A stretch of 64,000 nt of DNA. Origin: Amphiscolops sp. MND2022 (taxonomy: Eukaryota). The stretch spans positions 7,192,001-7,256,000 of the forward strand of contig OZ076421.1 in assembly GCA_964187785.1 (NCBI GenBank). The letters are read 5' to 3'. A program made the translations under genes and the position numbers. Under the pieces are notes generated by a model. That model was given only the letters and a program-made list of their open reading frames with translations, was not told the origin of the DNA and ran no database searches. Position 1 is the stretch's first letter. Each line of letters opens with the position of its first letter. Positions 12,520 to 25,230 of this stretch are shown one piece after another.

Positions 12520-15500
12520 ACTATGATTGACTCTGGATCAACAATCGCAGTATTAACGAGAGAAGACAAGAGAAGAACTACTGAACATCAGCTTGATCCT
12601 TGCCAGACCATTACAAATCCGAGGAGTATGTTGACTATAATGAAAAACCACTAAATGTACTGGGATTCATCAACGGGGATGTTCAGGTTAGCTAGCGAAC
12701 TATCAAGAAAGCGCGGATAGTAACTGCAAATAACAGAAAGAATTCGTTGGTGGGGCGAGAATGGTTGTCTGAACTCAACTTTTGAGTAGCTTAAGCGAGT
12801 CAAGAAGTGTGTATATCAATACTAAAGCGTAAACGGACAAAATGATGCCAACCAACTTCAAGACTTCTGGTCATTGATGAGAGCAATAAACCAGAAGAAT
12901 CGGTGTAAACCAAAGTTGACTAAGTATTGCGCCCCACTGAGGCCATTGCTGAGAGAAGACAACAAGTGCGAAATAGGGAGAAGAGAGTGAGGAAGCAGTC
13001 AAGAAAAACAAACAGGTAACAGAAGAAATCACAGAAAAAAATTGTTCTAAGCTCGTCTTACCTCTCAGCAAAAGTTGCGACGTCAGCAAAAAGGCTTGGT
13101 GCAGTTGTCCAACAGCAACACATTAGGCTTGGAACGGAGACTGAGAAACTATCCATTACGCATCACGATTCCTCTCACAGTGCTTGCTCAAAACTGAGCC
13201 GGAGCTCTTGGCCGTTGTTTGGGCGATTGACAACTTCAGGAAAAATGTACATGGAACTGAATTTGAGGTCGTGTCCCACCAAATAGCTCTAACTACTATC
13301 CTGAACGATAATCGATCAATTAAGACTTTTTCGTGAAATTTAACGCGATGGTAGATCGACTTTTGCCATTTCAATTTGAAGTAGTGCACGCTCCGGGAAA
13401 AGCAGAATATCTGTGCAGACACATTATCGAGAAAATAATTGAAACGAACAAAAAAATTAAAACAAAAGAATTATGGAATAGCTGGTTTACTGTAAGCGAA
13501 ACAGTAAGAATCGATAAATTTGTGTCAGCAAATCAGAAGTCACAGGCAAAGCAGAACCATCCAATAGGTGCGATGTTGGCCAGTGAGAACACGCTGGCTA
13601 GTGAGAACGAACGGCAAAATAGCGCAGTAACGTCAAGTTACAGCGAAGTAATGAAAACAAACAAACAGCCACTTAAACAAAGAGCATCAAACTCGAGACA
13701 AATCAATTAAGCGAGCAAAGATCACTCGCAAGCAAAAGCATGAACGCGCATGGATGCATGAAAGCATCAGGAAAGCGCAGATAGTAATTGTAAGAGACGG
13801 GAAAAATCGTTGGCGGGGCAAGACAGGCTGTCCCAACTCAACTTTCGAGTAGCTGAGGCAAGTCAAGAAAGTCTGTATGCAAACATTGTGAATAGTATAG
13901 TAAACAAAGTAGAACTTTCACCAACACTTGAAAGAGAAGACAAAAAGGGTCCCTAAGATTTCCAGGAGTCAAGGAAATTCTTTGGGCCACACAATAAAAA
14001 TAAAATTTGAATTTAAAGAAGGAGCAAAATCACCCACTAAAAAAGAAGACGATCCCCACTGCAGTTACAAAACGCAGTGGATGCAGAAATCAAAAATCTA
14101 GTGGAAGCGGGGCATTTCAAAAGAGTTGACAAAATAACAGACGACTTGTTTATTCTGTCACTTGTCATAACTGTAAAAAAGGATCGCAGCGTTAAAATAG
14201 CTCTGGATGCCATTTTGCCAAAAAATTCTATTTTGAAGAAGAAATACCAAATGCCGAACTTGGAAAGCTTGAAGGAGAAGGTCACCGAAGCTGTTAAAGC
14301 AAACAAAGATAGTGAACTATTCTTTACATCACTGGATAAGCAATGTGTATACGGACAAACACTTCTTCACCCTGATACTCCAAACATTGAAATTTCTAGA
14401 TTGTAGCTGACAAATGAAATGGAACAGAAGCTATCAACATAGAGTTACTACGGATTGACTATCATGCCGCTCGAGGTCTTGAACGTTTTGAGAAAACAAA
14501 CATTTTGAACGCGACTTACCTCTCAGAATTTTGCGAGGCCAGCTAAAAATACCTTTCACAGTTCGAGAATAATTACTCAATCAATGAGCTGGAGCTCTTG
14601 CCCGTAGTTTGAGCGATAGAAAAAATCAAGAAAATTGAAGACGGGGCTGAATTTGAGGTCGTGTCCGACCAAATGGCTTTAACTGCTATCTTGAAAGATA
14701 ATCGATCAAAGAAGACAGAATCGACAAGATTAACGCGATGGTAGATAAACTTTTGCCTATTCAATTCAACTTAATGATCTGGGCCGTACTATGGGAATGG
14801 CAGAATATCTCTACCGACATCCATCAAAAATAATGGAAACGAACGAAAGATTAAAGCAGAAGAAATACGGAATAGGTTTACAGTTAAAGAATGAAGTCAG
14901 AATTGTTAATTTTGTTTCAACGAATAAGATGTCACAGGCAAAGTAGAATCAACCGATAGGAGCGACTTTGGCAAGTGAGAACAAGCTGGCTGGTGAGAGC
15001 ACGTGGCAAGATAGTACAGTGACGTTAAGTAACTGCGAAGTGAACAAACAGTCCTCAAAAAAATAGCATCAAAACTTCATACGTTTCAAATAAGCGATGC
15101 AAATTCAGACGCAAGCGAAAGCATGAACGAAGAACTTATGCAAGTGGCGAATCAACCACCAATCTGAATACCGGTTTGTTAATCAAAAAACCATATCGAA
15201 GCAATACAAATCGCTGGAAACGCTACGTTCACCGTTGAGTAGGACACGGACGAATTACTCCAAACAAATATCCAACTGCTGCAGAAGCCCGACAGAACAA
15301 ACAAATTGGCGTGAAAAATTTCGTTGTTTAGGTCTCGACTAAAACTACTCATTATGTACATGTACGTCATTCCAAAACATTACGTCCTATTATAATGCGA
15401 TCTCTTCACTACGGGCACCCAGAGCGCAACAGCATGCTCCCAACTATCTCCAATATCTGTAGTGTAAGAGCATTAAGACAATTCCTAACTTAAAAGGAAG

Positions 15501-16700
15501 TCGGAAAAATACCCGTTTGTAAAGAAAACAACCTAGAAGTAGCCATAGATTTTGCAAACCCCTTCAAAATGCGATGAAAGCGCTAAACCATTAACCAGTT
15601 TCAGTGGACCATTTTTTGGGCTGAGCCAAAGAAAAGTTTCAAGAATGCCATCACCGTGGGAGGTGATCGAATTTCTTAAGATTTACATAGCCAGGCATGG
15701 AACTCCCCAAGCATTACGAACGGATCCAGTATCAATTTTCAGAAGTAAACGTTTCAAGGAGTTTTCTAATATTACGTCGATCAAGCATATTGAGTGTCCA
15801 ATACAAAACCATCGCAGAAACGGGGAAAATAACTCAGGAATTTCAGAAGTTTTATTCGCTCATCGGATGTCCCCATCGTTAAATGGAAATTCGCCATATG
15901 AAAAAAAAATATGTATAGGAACCCAATACAATAACGAAACTGCATATAATCCGTGAACAGTCTATTTCAGAATCACCCGACTTCAAGTTCAGGGAAACAG
16001 ATTCCGAATCAGGCCAAGATTCGACAATTCTGGTACGCGAACGAACGCGGGGTAGCAATTTAGAAGGCGCGTTTCAGAAGAAACAAGGGATCTTCCTGGA
16101 GCAGAAACCATTACAATCTTGCTTACAGGGAAGACAAAACCAACAATCTTGGCAAAGAGGGATATAGGACAAGATAACTCGAACAAACCATGTTGCTGGT
16201 TGACCAACCAAAGAAGCAGACAGGTGACTAATGGCAAGCCGCGGCGAACTACATGAAGAGAGCGACCAACACAAAGCGGAGCTCAAAGGGATTCAAGTGA
16301 TTCGATACAAGAGATTGGCAGTTTCCCGCCAGTTCAAACAACCAATGAAAAGCACGAGAAGAAAAGGCGCAAAACAAAAAGAAGGAAAATCCAGAAGAAA
16401 GACAGCGACAAAAGCAAATGAAGAACAAAAAGCATCACCAAAATAGAATTACAGAGAACATGTCAACAATAGTAGAAGTAGGCAGTGAAGAAGAAGAAGA
16501 AAACATTCAATGCCAGCTGCATCAAAGAAAAGGAAGAGGTGACAGAAGGAGAGGAGCCACCACGGCATGAGGAACTGCATCCAAGGAGTGAATCGGTACA
16601 GGAAAAAATCTTTCGACCCAAAATGAAAAACAACGCCACAAAACGGACCTTTATGGGCAGAATGTCAAGATATAGCTAATTGAGACACAAAAAAAGTTTG
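12520..16700 (+). mobile_element. Highly degenerate Ty3/Gypsy internal region with partial internal duplication
   Basis: Protease MIDSGSTIAVL (~12523), RT piece LVITVKKDRSVKIALD (14077-14406), two RNase H pieces ELELL.VVWAI (~13195 and ~14585), integrase RHGTPQALRTD (~15700). 12700-12790 resembles 13770-13870 and 13190-13760 resembles 14580-15130. No LTR pair identified. Confidence 0.75.
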
Positions 16701-16969
16701 CTCTAAATTTTGCTGATAAATAGCGCTCAAAGGCAACCGCATGCTCATTTTTAGTCGGCGCGTTTTCCTTTTAAGGAAAAATGCCCGACTATAGCAGTGA
16801 CCTTTTTTTTCTTCAGACTACAATCCTCACACTGAAAGGTCCACTTTTCTTACAATTCTTACAGTCTTAAAATCTTACAATTCCTACTTAGCAAATTTAA
16901 ATTACTGGTGCGAAGTAGTATTTTTACATCATCTAAGAATTTCAAAGGGAACGAAGGGTACTGCCTTAG

Positions 16970-17334
16970 AGTATTTTCGGCGCTGTAAGACTTTTTTTCC
17001 GAAAAAAAATTTCCCCAAAGCGTCCCTTTTCATTTTTTTTGGAGTTTTCCGACAGAACGTATGTTGAAAAATCCCAAAGGGTCCCCCCTTTCAGTTTTTT
17101 CGGCATTGTGAGACTTTTTTTCAAAATTTTTTTTTCACCAAAAGTGCCCTTCCTTCAATTTTTTTTTGCGACAGAATGGATGAAAACCCTCAAAGTGTCC
17201 CCTCTGGTGCGCCAATTCGGTTCAACTTTTGGGTTTTTCCGGTACCGTAGAAGAGAATACTTTGACACTTTGAAGTCCTTTTGCTGTTTTTGAGCCTTAG
17301 ATATGGCGCCGACTTGGGCCGTTCCCGGCTTGTT
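16970..17334 (+). repeat. Copy of the abundant interspersed repeat
   Basis: Ends GAGCCTTAGATATGGCGCCGACTTGGGCCGTTCCCGGCTTGTT (17292-17334); same terminus as 10218 and 24874. Left boundary approximate. Confidence 0.75.
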
Positions 17335-17664
17335 TTATATAGCCCTATTCAGCTAACGGTATAATACACCGATAGAATAATGCCATAACATCATAACTTA
17401 CATGGAAAGTCGTTGATTTATTACAATTTTGGTACTGTTTAGTCCCTCAAAAGCTTGTTCAGTTTAGGTTACACAGCAACAACGTTTTCAACAAAAAATA
17501 AAGCCGTACCCGCCTAATAGCCATTCGGATAACAGCCATGTACGACGCGTGGCCTTTTTCCGCTGTTCAATTATTATCAGCACAGAGGCCTAATCAAAGT
17601 GAATGTGTACAACACTGTGCAGTTCGTCCAATTTGCCAGGCAGTCAAACCTTCGAATCCGTTTC

Positions 17665-17872
17665 GAATCTTTTCTGTTAATTACCCCCCCCCCCCACAGT
17701 AAGTGCGGAAATTTTAATTCACCACCGCTATCAGCGATGAGTTTCAGTTGCAGTTAGAGTTATAGAATACTGCAATTTGATTGGTTGTCACTATTAATTG
17801 AATGATAATTACTCTTGGCCGCTTAACTGGGGGGAATTAAATTAGTCGGGGGGGGATTAACAGAAAAGATCC
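17665..17872. mobile_element. MITE with ~24-bp TIRs and 8-bp TSD (Merlin-like or hAT-like)
   Basis: TIRs G(A)ATCTTTTCTGTTAATT... / ...GGATTAACAGAAAAGATCC; perfect TSD TCCGTTTC at 17657-17664 and 17873-17880; second copy at 49744-49943. Confidence 0.88.
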
Positions 17873-18001
17873 TCCGTTTCTTTTGCTTGTAAGTTGTTAC
17901 ACTTGATGTCTATTTAATTCTATTTTAATTGAAGGTATGAACTTAGAAACTTGAGGTCTAATAATCAGGAAAACAGTTTCCGTCTTAGCAATTTTTCAAA
18001 A

Positions 18002-18154
18002 AATTTTTTCAATCGATCAGCCAAACGTACGAGAGAGCCCTATCAGGAAAGGTACGAATGAATCAAAACCCTATAAAGTTTATAGGGTGTTGATTCATTC
18101 GTACCTTTCCTGATAGGGCTCTCTCGTACGTTTGGCTGATCGATTGAAAAAATT
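18002..18154. repeat. 153-bp near-perfect palindrome (76-bp arms, 1-nt loop, 1 mismatch)
   Basis: Centre G18078; arms are reverse complements except A18067/G18089. Confidence 0.95.
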
Positions 18155-18933
18155 CCGGCGCAGGCGGCAGCCTGGGAGAAAGACAAAAGTAGCCTTATCG
18201 AACTATTGACAGCTGCCTTCAAAGTTGTTTTGAAACGTTCGCTGACAAATGTTTGGACGCATCCATGAGGACTCAAATTGACAGGTTCCATTCGAAGTGA
18301 AAGGAAAAAGTCAAAAGGTAAAGCGAAATGACTGGAAGGATTGTCTTGACTTTTTTGATGGTTCAAATCATCTTTAATTGAAGATTCGATTACGCAATAC
18401 GGACTTATTTGACCAGACAGATTTGACTGTTTTATCCTTTTGACATCTCCAAACCTCACATTTGATCCTGGAGTTGAGCAGAATAAACTGAAGAAGTTTC
18501 AATTTCGGAACCTCGATCTAACCACGATACGTCACCAAATTGCCAATAGGAGATCCTGGTAGCAATAGAGGTGGTATGATTTCCTGCAGTGTCCAGCATT
18601 CTCTGGGTTATTCCTGGAAGATACCAAGTACTCCGAAATGTTAGATGGTTTTATGTAAAGAAATCAATGATGCATCAAGAGACCGAGCATTGGAAATCAA
18701 ACGTCACAGGCTACTGCAAGCGATTGCATGCGGTACGAAGTGGCTCCAGAAAACACTGAAACAATATTGACACCTTGAGTACCGCCGCTCTGAGAAAACG
18801 TGGACCAAAGGTACCTATCGCTGTAGCAAAGATTTTGCAGATAAAAATTACCGGTTTAACACTCTACGCCATGTATTACTTTACTATTTCTATTATGTTT
18901 GATCTATCAGTCAAGTAACCATAATAATTCGTT

Positions 18934-20000
18934 TGTTAAATATGAACCAGTATTTAAGAATGTTGAAACATGTAAAATGGCGAAATGTAACTTGCTAATA
19001 GCTTAACAGGAACCGGGCTCAAGAAAAGTCACGTTTTTTTCGGTTGGACGTGTAGTCCTTTGAAGCTATCAGCCAATCATAATGCTTGTTTGTTTAGTCA
19101 CGTGGACCACAAGTCCATGGTTTTAATCACACGCGATGACACCCTCTTATCTTCCACTCCCTCTTTTATTTCCTTGCATATTCCCTTTGATGCACCATCA
19201 ATGTGACATTTTCGTGACACCGTGATAATGACGCCATCTCCTCGGCGACTTTTTTAACACCATGACAATTGAGAGTTTGCTAGTCATGCAAAACTTTGTA
19301 TATAAAGGCTGTCCGACAAGACCAAAGAACATTCAATTCAATATTACAGCTATATACACACTAGTCAATTTTAGCTCTCTGTAAAAACTATTCATTTGAT
19401 TGCACGTTTAAATAACAAGTTTGCTCGCTACTATTTCCTTTGAAGGGAACAAATTTCTTTGAATGCCTTCAACGAGGAAGCAGAAAGCAAAAAAAGCGCT
19501 ATAAGGGACGTGATATTAAGAAATTACTCTAGAAATGAGTACGAAAGTCATCAGATTGAAAGAGAAGTGGAACTGAACCTCCAGTCCAACGGGGCACAGC
19601 AAAATTAAAACTCAATGGATGAAGACTTTACGTTCTTGGTAAGTACTAATAGCAGGGATAGAAGTGAAGTCTGTGTAGAGATTGCAAGACTGATAAATTG
19701 TGAAATTACAAGCCAAGTGGTGGGGAAACTAGATGAGATAAAAGTAGACTAAAGCCTGCGAATGTTACAAGCTATAAACTCTACAATGACAAAGAAAGTC
19801 CTTCCTACTTTTCAAAGTAGTTTTTTGACAAAGGAAACAGGGTTAACCGAAAAAGTGGACATTCAATCCAGTGGGCTACACAGGAGCCAGGAAGTAGAAA
19901 ATTGCCGCAAAACACAGGAAAATCTCCCTAAAGTGAATTCATGTCATAGTAATCGAGGTTGCTACGGAAGGGAGAGCTCAGTAGACGGCCAGGTAAGCGA
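18934..20000 (+). mobile_element. 5'-end relic of the same Gypsy lineage as element 3 (putative LTR/leader plus gag N-terminus)
   Basis: Starts TGTTAAATATGA like 51657; ATGCCTTCAACGAGGAAGCAGAAAGCA (MPSTRKQKAK) at ~19460; translation EITSQV.GKLDEIK...AINS....VLPTFQ.S aligns by eye to ORF 52536; cut off by the abundant repeat near 20000. Confidence 0.75.
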
Positions 20001-20826
20001 TCTAGGTTACGACACAAAGTTTTGTTTTTCAATTCGTATGGAACTGTTTTCACCCCCAAAACCAAAAAATTGGACCGAATTGGCGCGCTAAAAATGCGAC
20101 CTTTTGAGATATTTCAACATTTTTTTTCGAAACAAAAGTCTCGCAATGCCAAAAAACTGAAAAGGGGGCATTTGGTCTCGCCCCGTATTGTATGTTACGC
20201 GGAAAAAAGGAGAACCATTTTGGTTCAGTTCTCTAGGCCAACTGTTTCAGTTTGACACCATAAAATTTGGTGGAAATTTTAAAACTATTCTGGTCAGTTC
20301 GTGTGGGTTGAAAAAAGTCACTAAAAAAGCCGAGTTTCACTTCATGAAGCGTCGATTAAAAATGCCTTGGGTCCAATTAGGCTACATTCAGTTTCCGGAA
20401 AGCAGTTTTTCTAGTTTATCTGAATAATTATGTTAAGAAACAGTTTCAAACAACAAGGTACAGCCTAAAACTAACATAACTAGCGGCATTCTGATACAAA
20501 CACAAGGTCAAGCTTCCTCTATTCTTTCGTTTCGATCTGAGCGGTTATTGCGAGTAGCATGTTGGTTTTAGGTTTGGTAATAATCAGTATTAACAAAATT
20601 TGGATCGGTATAAAAGTTTAAATTTATTACCTCGAAATCGCATAATTTTTTGTTTCCCAAAGCAGAGCAATTTGGTTTGTTTATTTGGAGCTAAAGTAAA
20701 CAGTCTACATCTCATATTTACCCTCTAAGAAAAGAAGCAACATCGTTGTAAACGGAATCATTCTATCAAACGGAATTCATTCATTCAATGTGAATTCAGT
20801 GGTTGAACTGTAGTTTCTCTGGTGTA

Positions 20827-21309
20827 CGGAAAACCCAAAACAAGAAAACTCAGCACAAAACTCAGCACACTGCCAAATACAGAAACTCTACAGAAAACTC
20901 AACATACTTTGGCGCCCAATATTTAATTGAGATCATTCTTTTAGATGAAAAAATACTCAGTATGCCTCATCCAAACAAATCTTTTGTGACTTTCGAATTT
21001 CATGCTGGCACTTGTCCATATCGATGCCTCGTTTAATTATTCTTTCTAAATACGTGAAATGACTAAGTTATACGAGAGATCAAGGAGAATTTCAATGCAG
21101 ATTTGTTGAGTTTTCTGTGTTGAGTTTTCTGTGCTGACTCTAGATTTTCATGCGCGCGCTTGTTTTCAATTATCAAGGCCTCATTTAACTATTCATTCCA
21201 TATTAGTGAAATGACTAAGTTATCTGAAAAGTCAATGAGAATTCGAAGCAAAAGTCTCGTTTTCTGTGTTGAGTTTTTGTGTTGAATTTTCTTGTTTTGG
21301 GTTTTCTTG
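20827..21309. mobile_element. MITE with TA TSD and subterminal GAAAACTCA(G/A)CACA repeats
   Basis: TA|CGGAAAACCCAAAACAAGAAAA ... TTTTCTTGTTTTGGGTTTTCTTG|TA; repeated AAAACTCA.CAC units on both arms. Confidence 0.65.
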
Positions 21310-21659
21310 TAATCAGAATATAAATGCGATGAAAATACTTGCAAATTAGCTTCTAAATTATTAGTTTCATACATTTAACGGAATCGAATTGCAACTTTGT
21401 GAAAGAAACATTTTTCTATTTTCAATCAGGTTAGATTGAGTTTCTTTTGTATTTTTGTTTTTATTTAGTTGCCATTATTCAAATTGGACTAAGGCTGTTA
21501 AAGGATCTCTTTTTCTCTGGTCTTAAGCTTCCTTCCGGGCTAGTTTTCTACATGCTTCATTACTCATCACTTGTCATACAATGCAACCGAGAAAAAAACA
21601 AAAAATTGTAGTTGTTTCAATCACAATCAAGATCCACGTGGAGCTGCGTGCATTCATTC

Positions 21660-22062
21660 GGCTCTTTTCTGTTTTCCCCCTACCACCAAAATTTTTGAAA
21701 ATAAATTTTCTTTGAAATTTCAGACTATTTAAAAGTAAAACCGCCTTTCATAACAGTAAGTTAACGTCTATTGGAATAGTTTTTTGTTTGAACAAAACAT
21801 TTTTCACACCTTTCCACTATAATTATGTTCGTAATGACTGTTTTTTGTGACTCAAAACAGGAAGCTGTTAATTTTTTGATCAAAAACGAGTGACTTCAGA
21901 AGGAAAAACAGTGTGAACAAATTTAGTATCTCAATTGAAAATTGTCACACTGTAAATGAACTAAAATTGGTGGTTTCTGGTTTGTATTCAAGTCTTTTCA
22001 TAAAACTTCCACTGATTTTCCACAAAAATTTTGGTGGTGGCGGGAAAACAGAAGAGAGCCGC
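21660..22062. mobile_element. MITE with 9-bp TSD (Mutator-like)
   Basis: Imperfect ~40-bp TIRs GGCTCTTTTCTGTTTTCCCCCTACCACCAAAATTTTTG / CAAAAATTTTGGTGGTGGCGGGAAAACAGAAGAGAGCC; CATTCATTC at 21651-21659 and 22063-22071. Confidence 0.7.
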
Positions 22063-23569
22063 CATTCATTCTTATTCTATACTGATTCAATCAAAGTTTT
22101 GCTTAGTCATAAAATAAAAATTACGGAAAATAATATGGAATAGCCTCCTTGGATGGTAACTTTGTTTTCCTAAAAGTTGTATTTTATCAAGATATAAAAA
22201 CTGAAGAACAGATGATATCTCGAGTTGACCTTTGTTACTAGCATCTTGGCTGTCATGAAAAGTATGGAGGAGTTGACATAACATTTAGTCCATACAATAT
22301 TTACTTATATGGAAACTAGGTTCTATACACACAAAATTGAACAGTTTTATGACCATGCCATGACATAACCCTAAATAGACCATGGTACGATTTCGTACCA
22401 GTTAAATTCTGCAAACTTCTAAACGCACCAGCTGACCTTATTGCGAAGAAAACTCTTGAATAGAATTTTCAGACGATATTACATAGCATTGCATGCCTTT
22501 TAACGGAATATTGACATGTTGTCTCCAAAATCAAGAAAACGGGACAAAAAAATCAAAAAAAAATCAGCGCAGATTTTCCGTTTTCCAGTTTTCGTGTATG
22601 ACCACTTTATCCCACTGGTATCAACAATGGGTCAAAGTGGCCCCAGCATGTTTTGAAACCTGCTGAAATGCAGTCAGAGACACGAGGCGTGCAAAGTTTT
22701 GGCGCAAAGTCCGGAGCTAGTGCGGCGAAGCTAACAAGCACCCAGCCCAGCAGTTCAAAAAACAAATTTAAAGCCCTGATTGTCTTCTTTCGAACGCGGT
22801 ATAAATCGTTTGTCGGACTTGAATGGTTTAGGAGATATTGCGGTTTAAATTTTAAACACCAGATTTTTGGATGGATCCGGAAATGTCCTGGTCCATTTAG
22901 GGTTAAATGTTGCCATGAATGGTCATTCTATGATTCAATGTTTTCATACAAATCTTTGACCCTTTTTGGTCCGTGTTGTTTTTTTTTCAAAATGGCTTTT
23001 TTATGGAACTTATGATTCTAATATATGGCCCTCTTACGGAACTCATGCTTCTGATGTATGGCCCCTTCTGCAGCTAATGAAACTACACAGGGGCGCTTTT
23101 ATAGATTCCATGTTCTACCGCATACTTTTGTAGTGTTTCTCGAGATGACTAGATTTTCTAAGACGTTTTTCAAGAATTTTTTGATTAGATGAAAATTTCC
23201 ATCGAAGTTTTGTTGAAATCAAAAGAACTTTCACAATGGAAATACTGTTGTTCATTATGGTTGCAACAATTTTATTTAAAAAAAAACACTGAATTCCGAT
23301 TTTTAAAAAAAAATGAAATGAACAAGCACATTCAATCATTTTAAAAAAAAACCAGTAGTGTAAAAGCTCAGTAGTGTACAAAAATAATACGAAATAACAC
23401 GAGATAACAAAGATAATTATTTAAAAGTGTAAACGTGATATTAAAAACGGTAATCTTTCCAACATTTCATTCTATGCTCAGGTTGTTCTACTTCTTTTTT
23501 GATTTGAGAGTTGTAGAAATGTTTCAATTTTGTTTTTATAGTCTCGTAAGAGTATTTGTTTTTTGATAT

Positions 23570-24500
23570 TGACTTCGGCACGTTGTTCCACAGGGCAACT
23601 GCTCTTTTCATAAAGCAGTTCTGTAAAAACTGGTTGTGGCATTTGCATCAAAAATCAGGGAGTCTGTTCGGTCATGAAATTTGATTTTGTCAGTGGATAT
23701 TTTATTCAACCCATTGAAAGCTGGAACTAAATTTTTCTGAAGTTTCCAGAAGTATGTACTTGCTCTGTAGTCAAAGAGTAATCTGACAGGGAAAAGTTCG
23801 TGTTTGAGTTTTAGGTCACTTGAAGATTCGTATTTGTTTCTGTTACAGCAAGCTTTAATGCCCCAGCTTAATTGATTTTCGAGCGTGGTTATTAGATTTT
23901 GTGAAATTCCGTTCAGTAACAGTGCTGGATAGTGTAGGTGACTGATGACCAGAGCGTTACTTATAAGTTCTATTACTTATAGAACAGTTGAAAATGCTGT
24001 TTGTTTGTAACATGGAACTAAAACGTGACTTGTCGTTTCCAGGAGAAAGTTTCCAGAGTGCTTTAGGAGACAGATCCATTAATATTTAAGTACTGGGCTT
24101 TTTGTAGACAGTAGGTTATCCAGTTTTAATTTGTGACAGTCCTAATAAAAGCTGGGCCAATCGTTTTGCTGAATTGCCATGAAAGCAACCTTGAAAATCT
24201 GCCCATGTTGAAATAGAAGATAAGGCGTTCTACTTCTGGTTGTTGCGACAATTTTTAAAATACTTCTACCAAAAAAACTCAAGTACAGACTTGTTGCCGA
24301 CGAACACTTTTTCGACTATTCAAACATTCTTTCGAAAACATCTTGTTGATTTCTTCTTTGCGCAACTTCAGTTCAATAAATGTTTGCTTTGTGTGATGTA
24401 CCGTATAACAAAGATGCTATGTTTTCATTGACTGTAGACGAAGTGTAAGCAGCAATAAACAGTTTATTGTGTTCAAGGGTTTAACTCGATACATCAAATC
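23570..24500 (-). mobile_element. Degenerate LINE (CR1/L2/Jockey-type) 3' fragment
   Basis: Minus-strand CHNQFLQNCFMKRAVALWNNVP matches the conserved LINE ORF2 C-terminal F..R....WN.LP pattern; upstream RT segments are barely recognisable. Confidence 0.5.
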
Positions 24501-24873
24501 GAAGAATTTATTTGTTTTTTAATCAGCGCTTCATGAAGTAGTTCTACTAAATACTCTATTTTTTCAATCCACACGAACTGTCCAAAATAGTTCTGAAAAA
24601 TTCTACGAAATTTTAAGGTGTAAAATTGGACTATTTGGCACAAGAAACTCAATTATAAAAGTTGTTTTTTTCAGCGTAACATAAAACACCGGGCGAGACT
24701 AAAGGGACCCCTTTCAGTTTTTTCTTCGGTGTTTTGGGGCTTTTTTCGAAAACCTTTTAATGTCTCCAGAAAATCCCCTTTCAAATTTTCTGCCATTTTG
24801 AAAAATTCCAAAGGGTGTCGCGGTACGACTAACGCTTAACAATCACCCCAGTGCTACAGTGCGTTTCTATTCA

Positions 24874-25230
24874 AACAAGCCGAGAACGGCCAAAGTCGGC
24901 GCCATATCTAAGGCTCAAAATTGAAAAGGGGGACCCTTCGGGCTTTGTGAAACTCCAGCTGGTTGCAAAAAATGAAAAAAAAATGAAGGGGGACCCTTTG
25001 GGCACATGAAAAAATTTCGTAAAAATTTTTTTAAAATGAGATTTTTGAACAGTGTCACAGTGCCGAAAAATGTAAAAGAGGGGACCCTTTGCAATTTTTT
25101 GACATCCATTGTGTTGCAAAATATCGAAACAAATGAAGGGGGACCCTTTGGTGCAATCCAAAAAGTGTCAAAAAGTCTCATAGTGCCGAAAAAAAGTGGG
25201 GTTATGGGGGATCCTTAGTGTGTTTTTGAG
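24874..25230 (-). repeat. Copy of the abundant interspersed repeat
   Basis: AACAAGCCGAGAACGGCCAAAGTCGGCGCCATATCTAAGGCTC at 24874-24916 is the reverse complement of the shared terminus; gives the spurious ORF ending LSLRYGADFGRSRLV. Confidence 0.75.
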
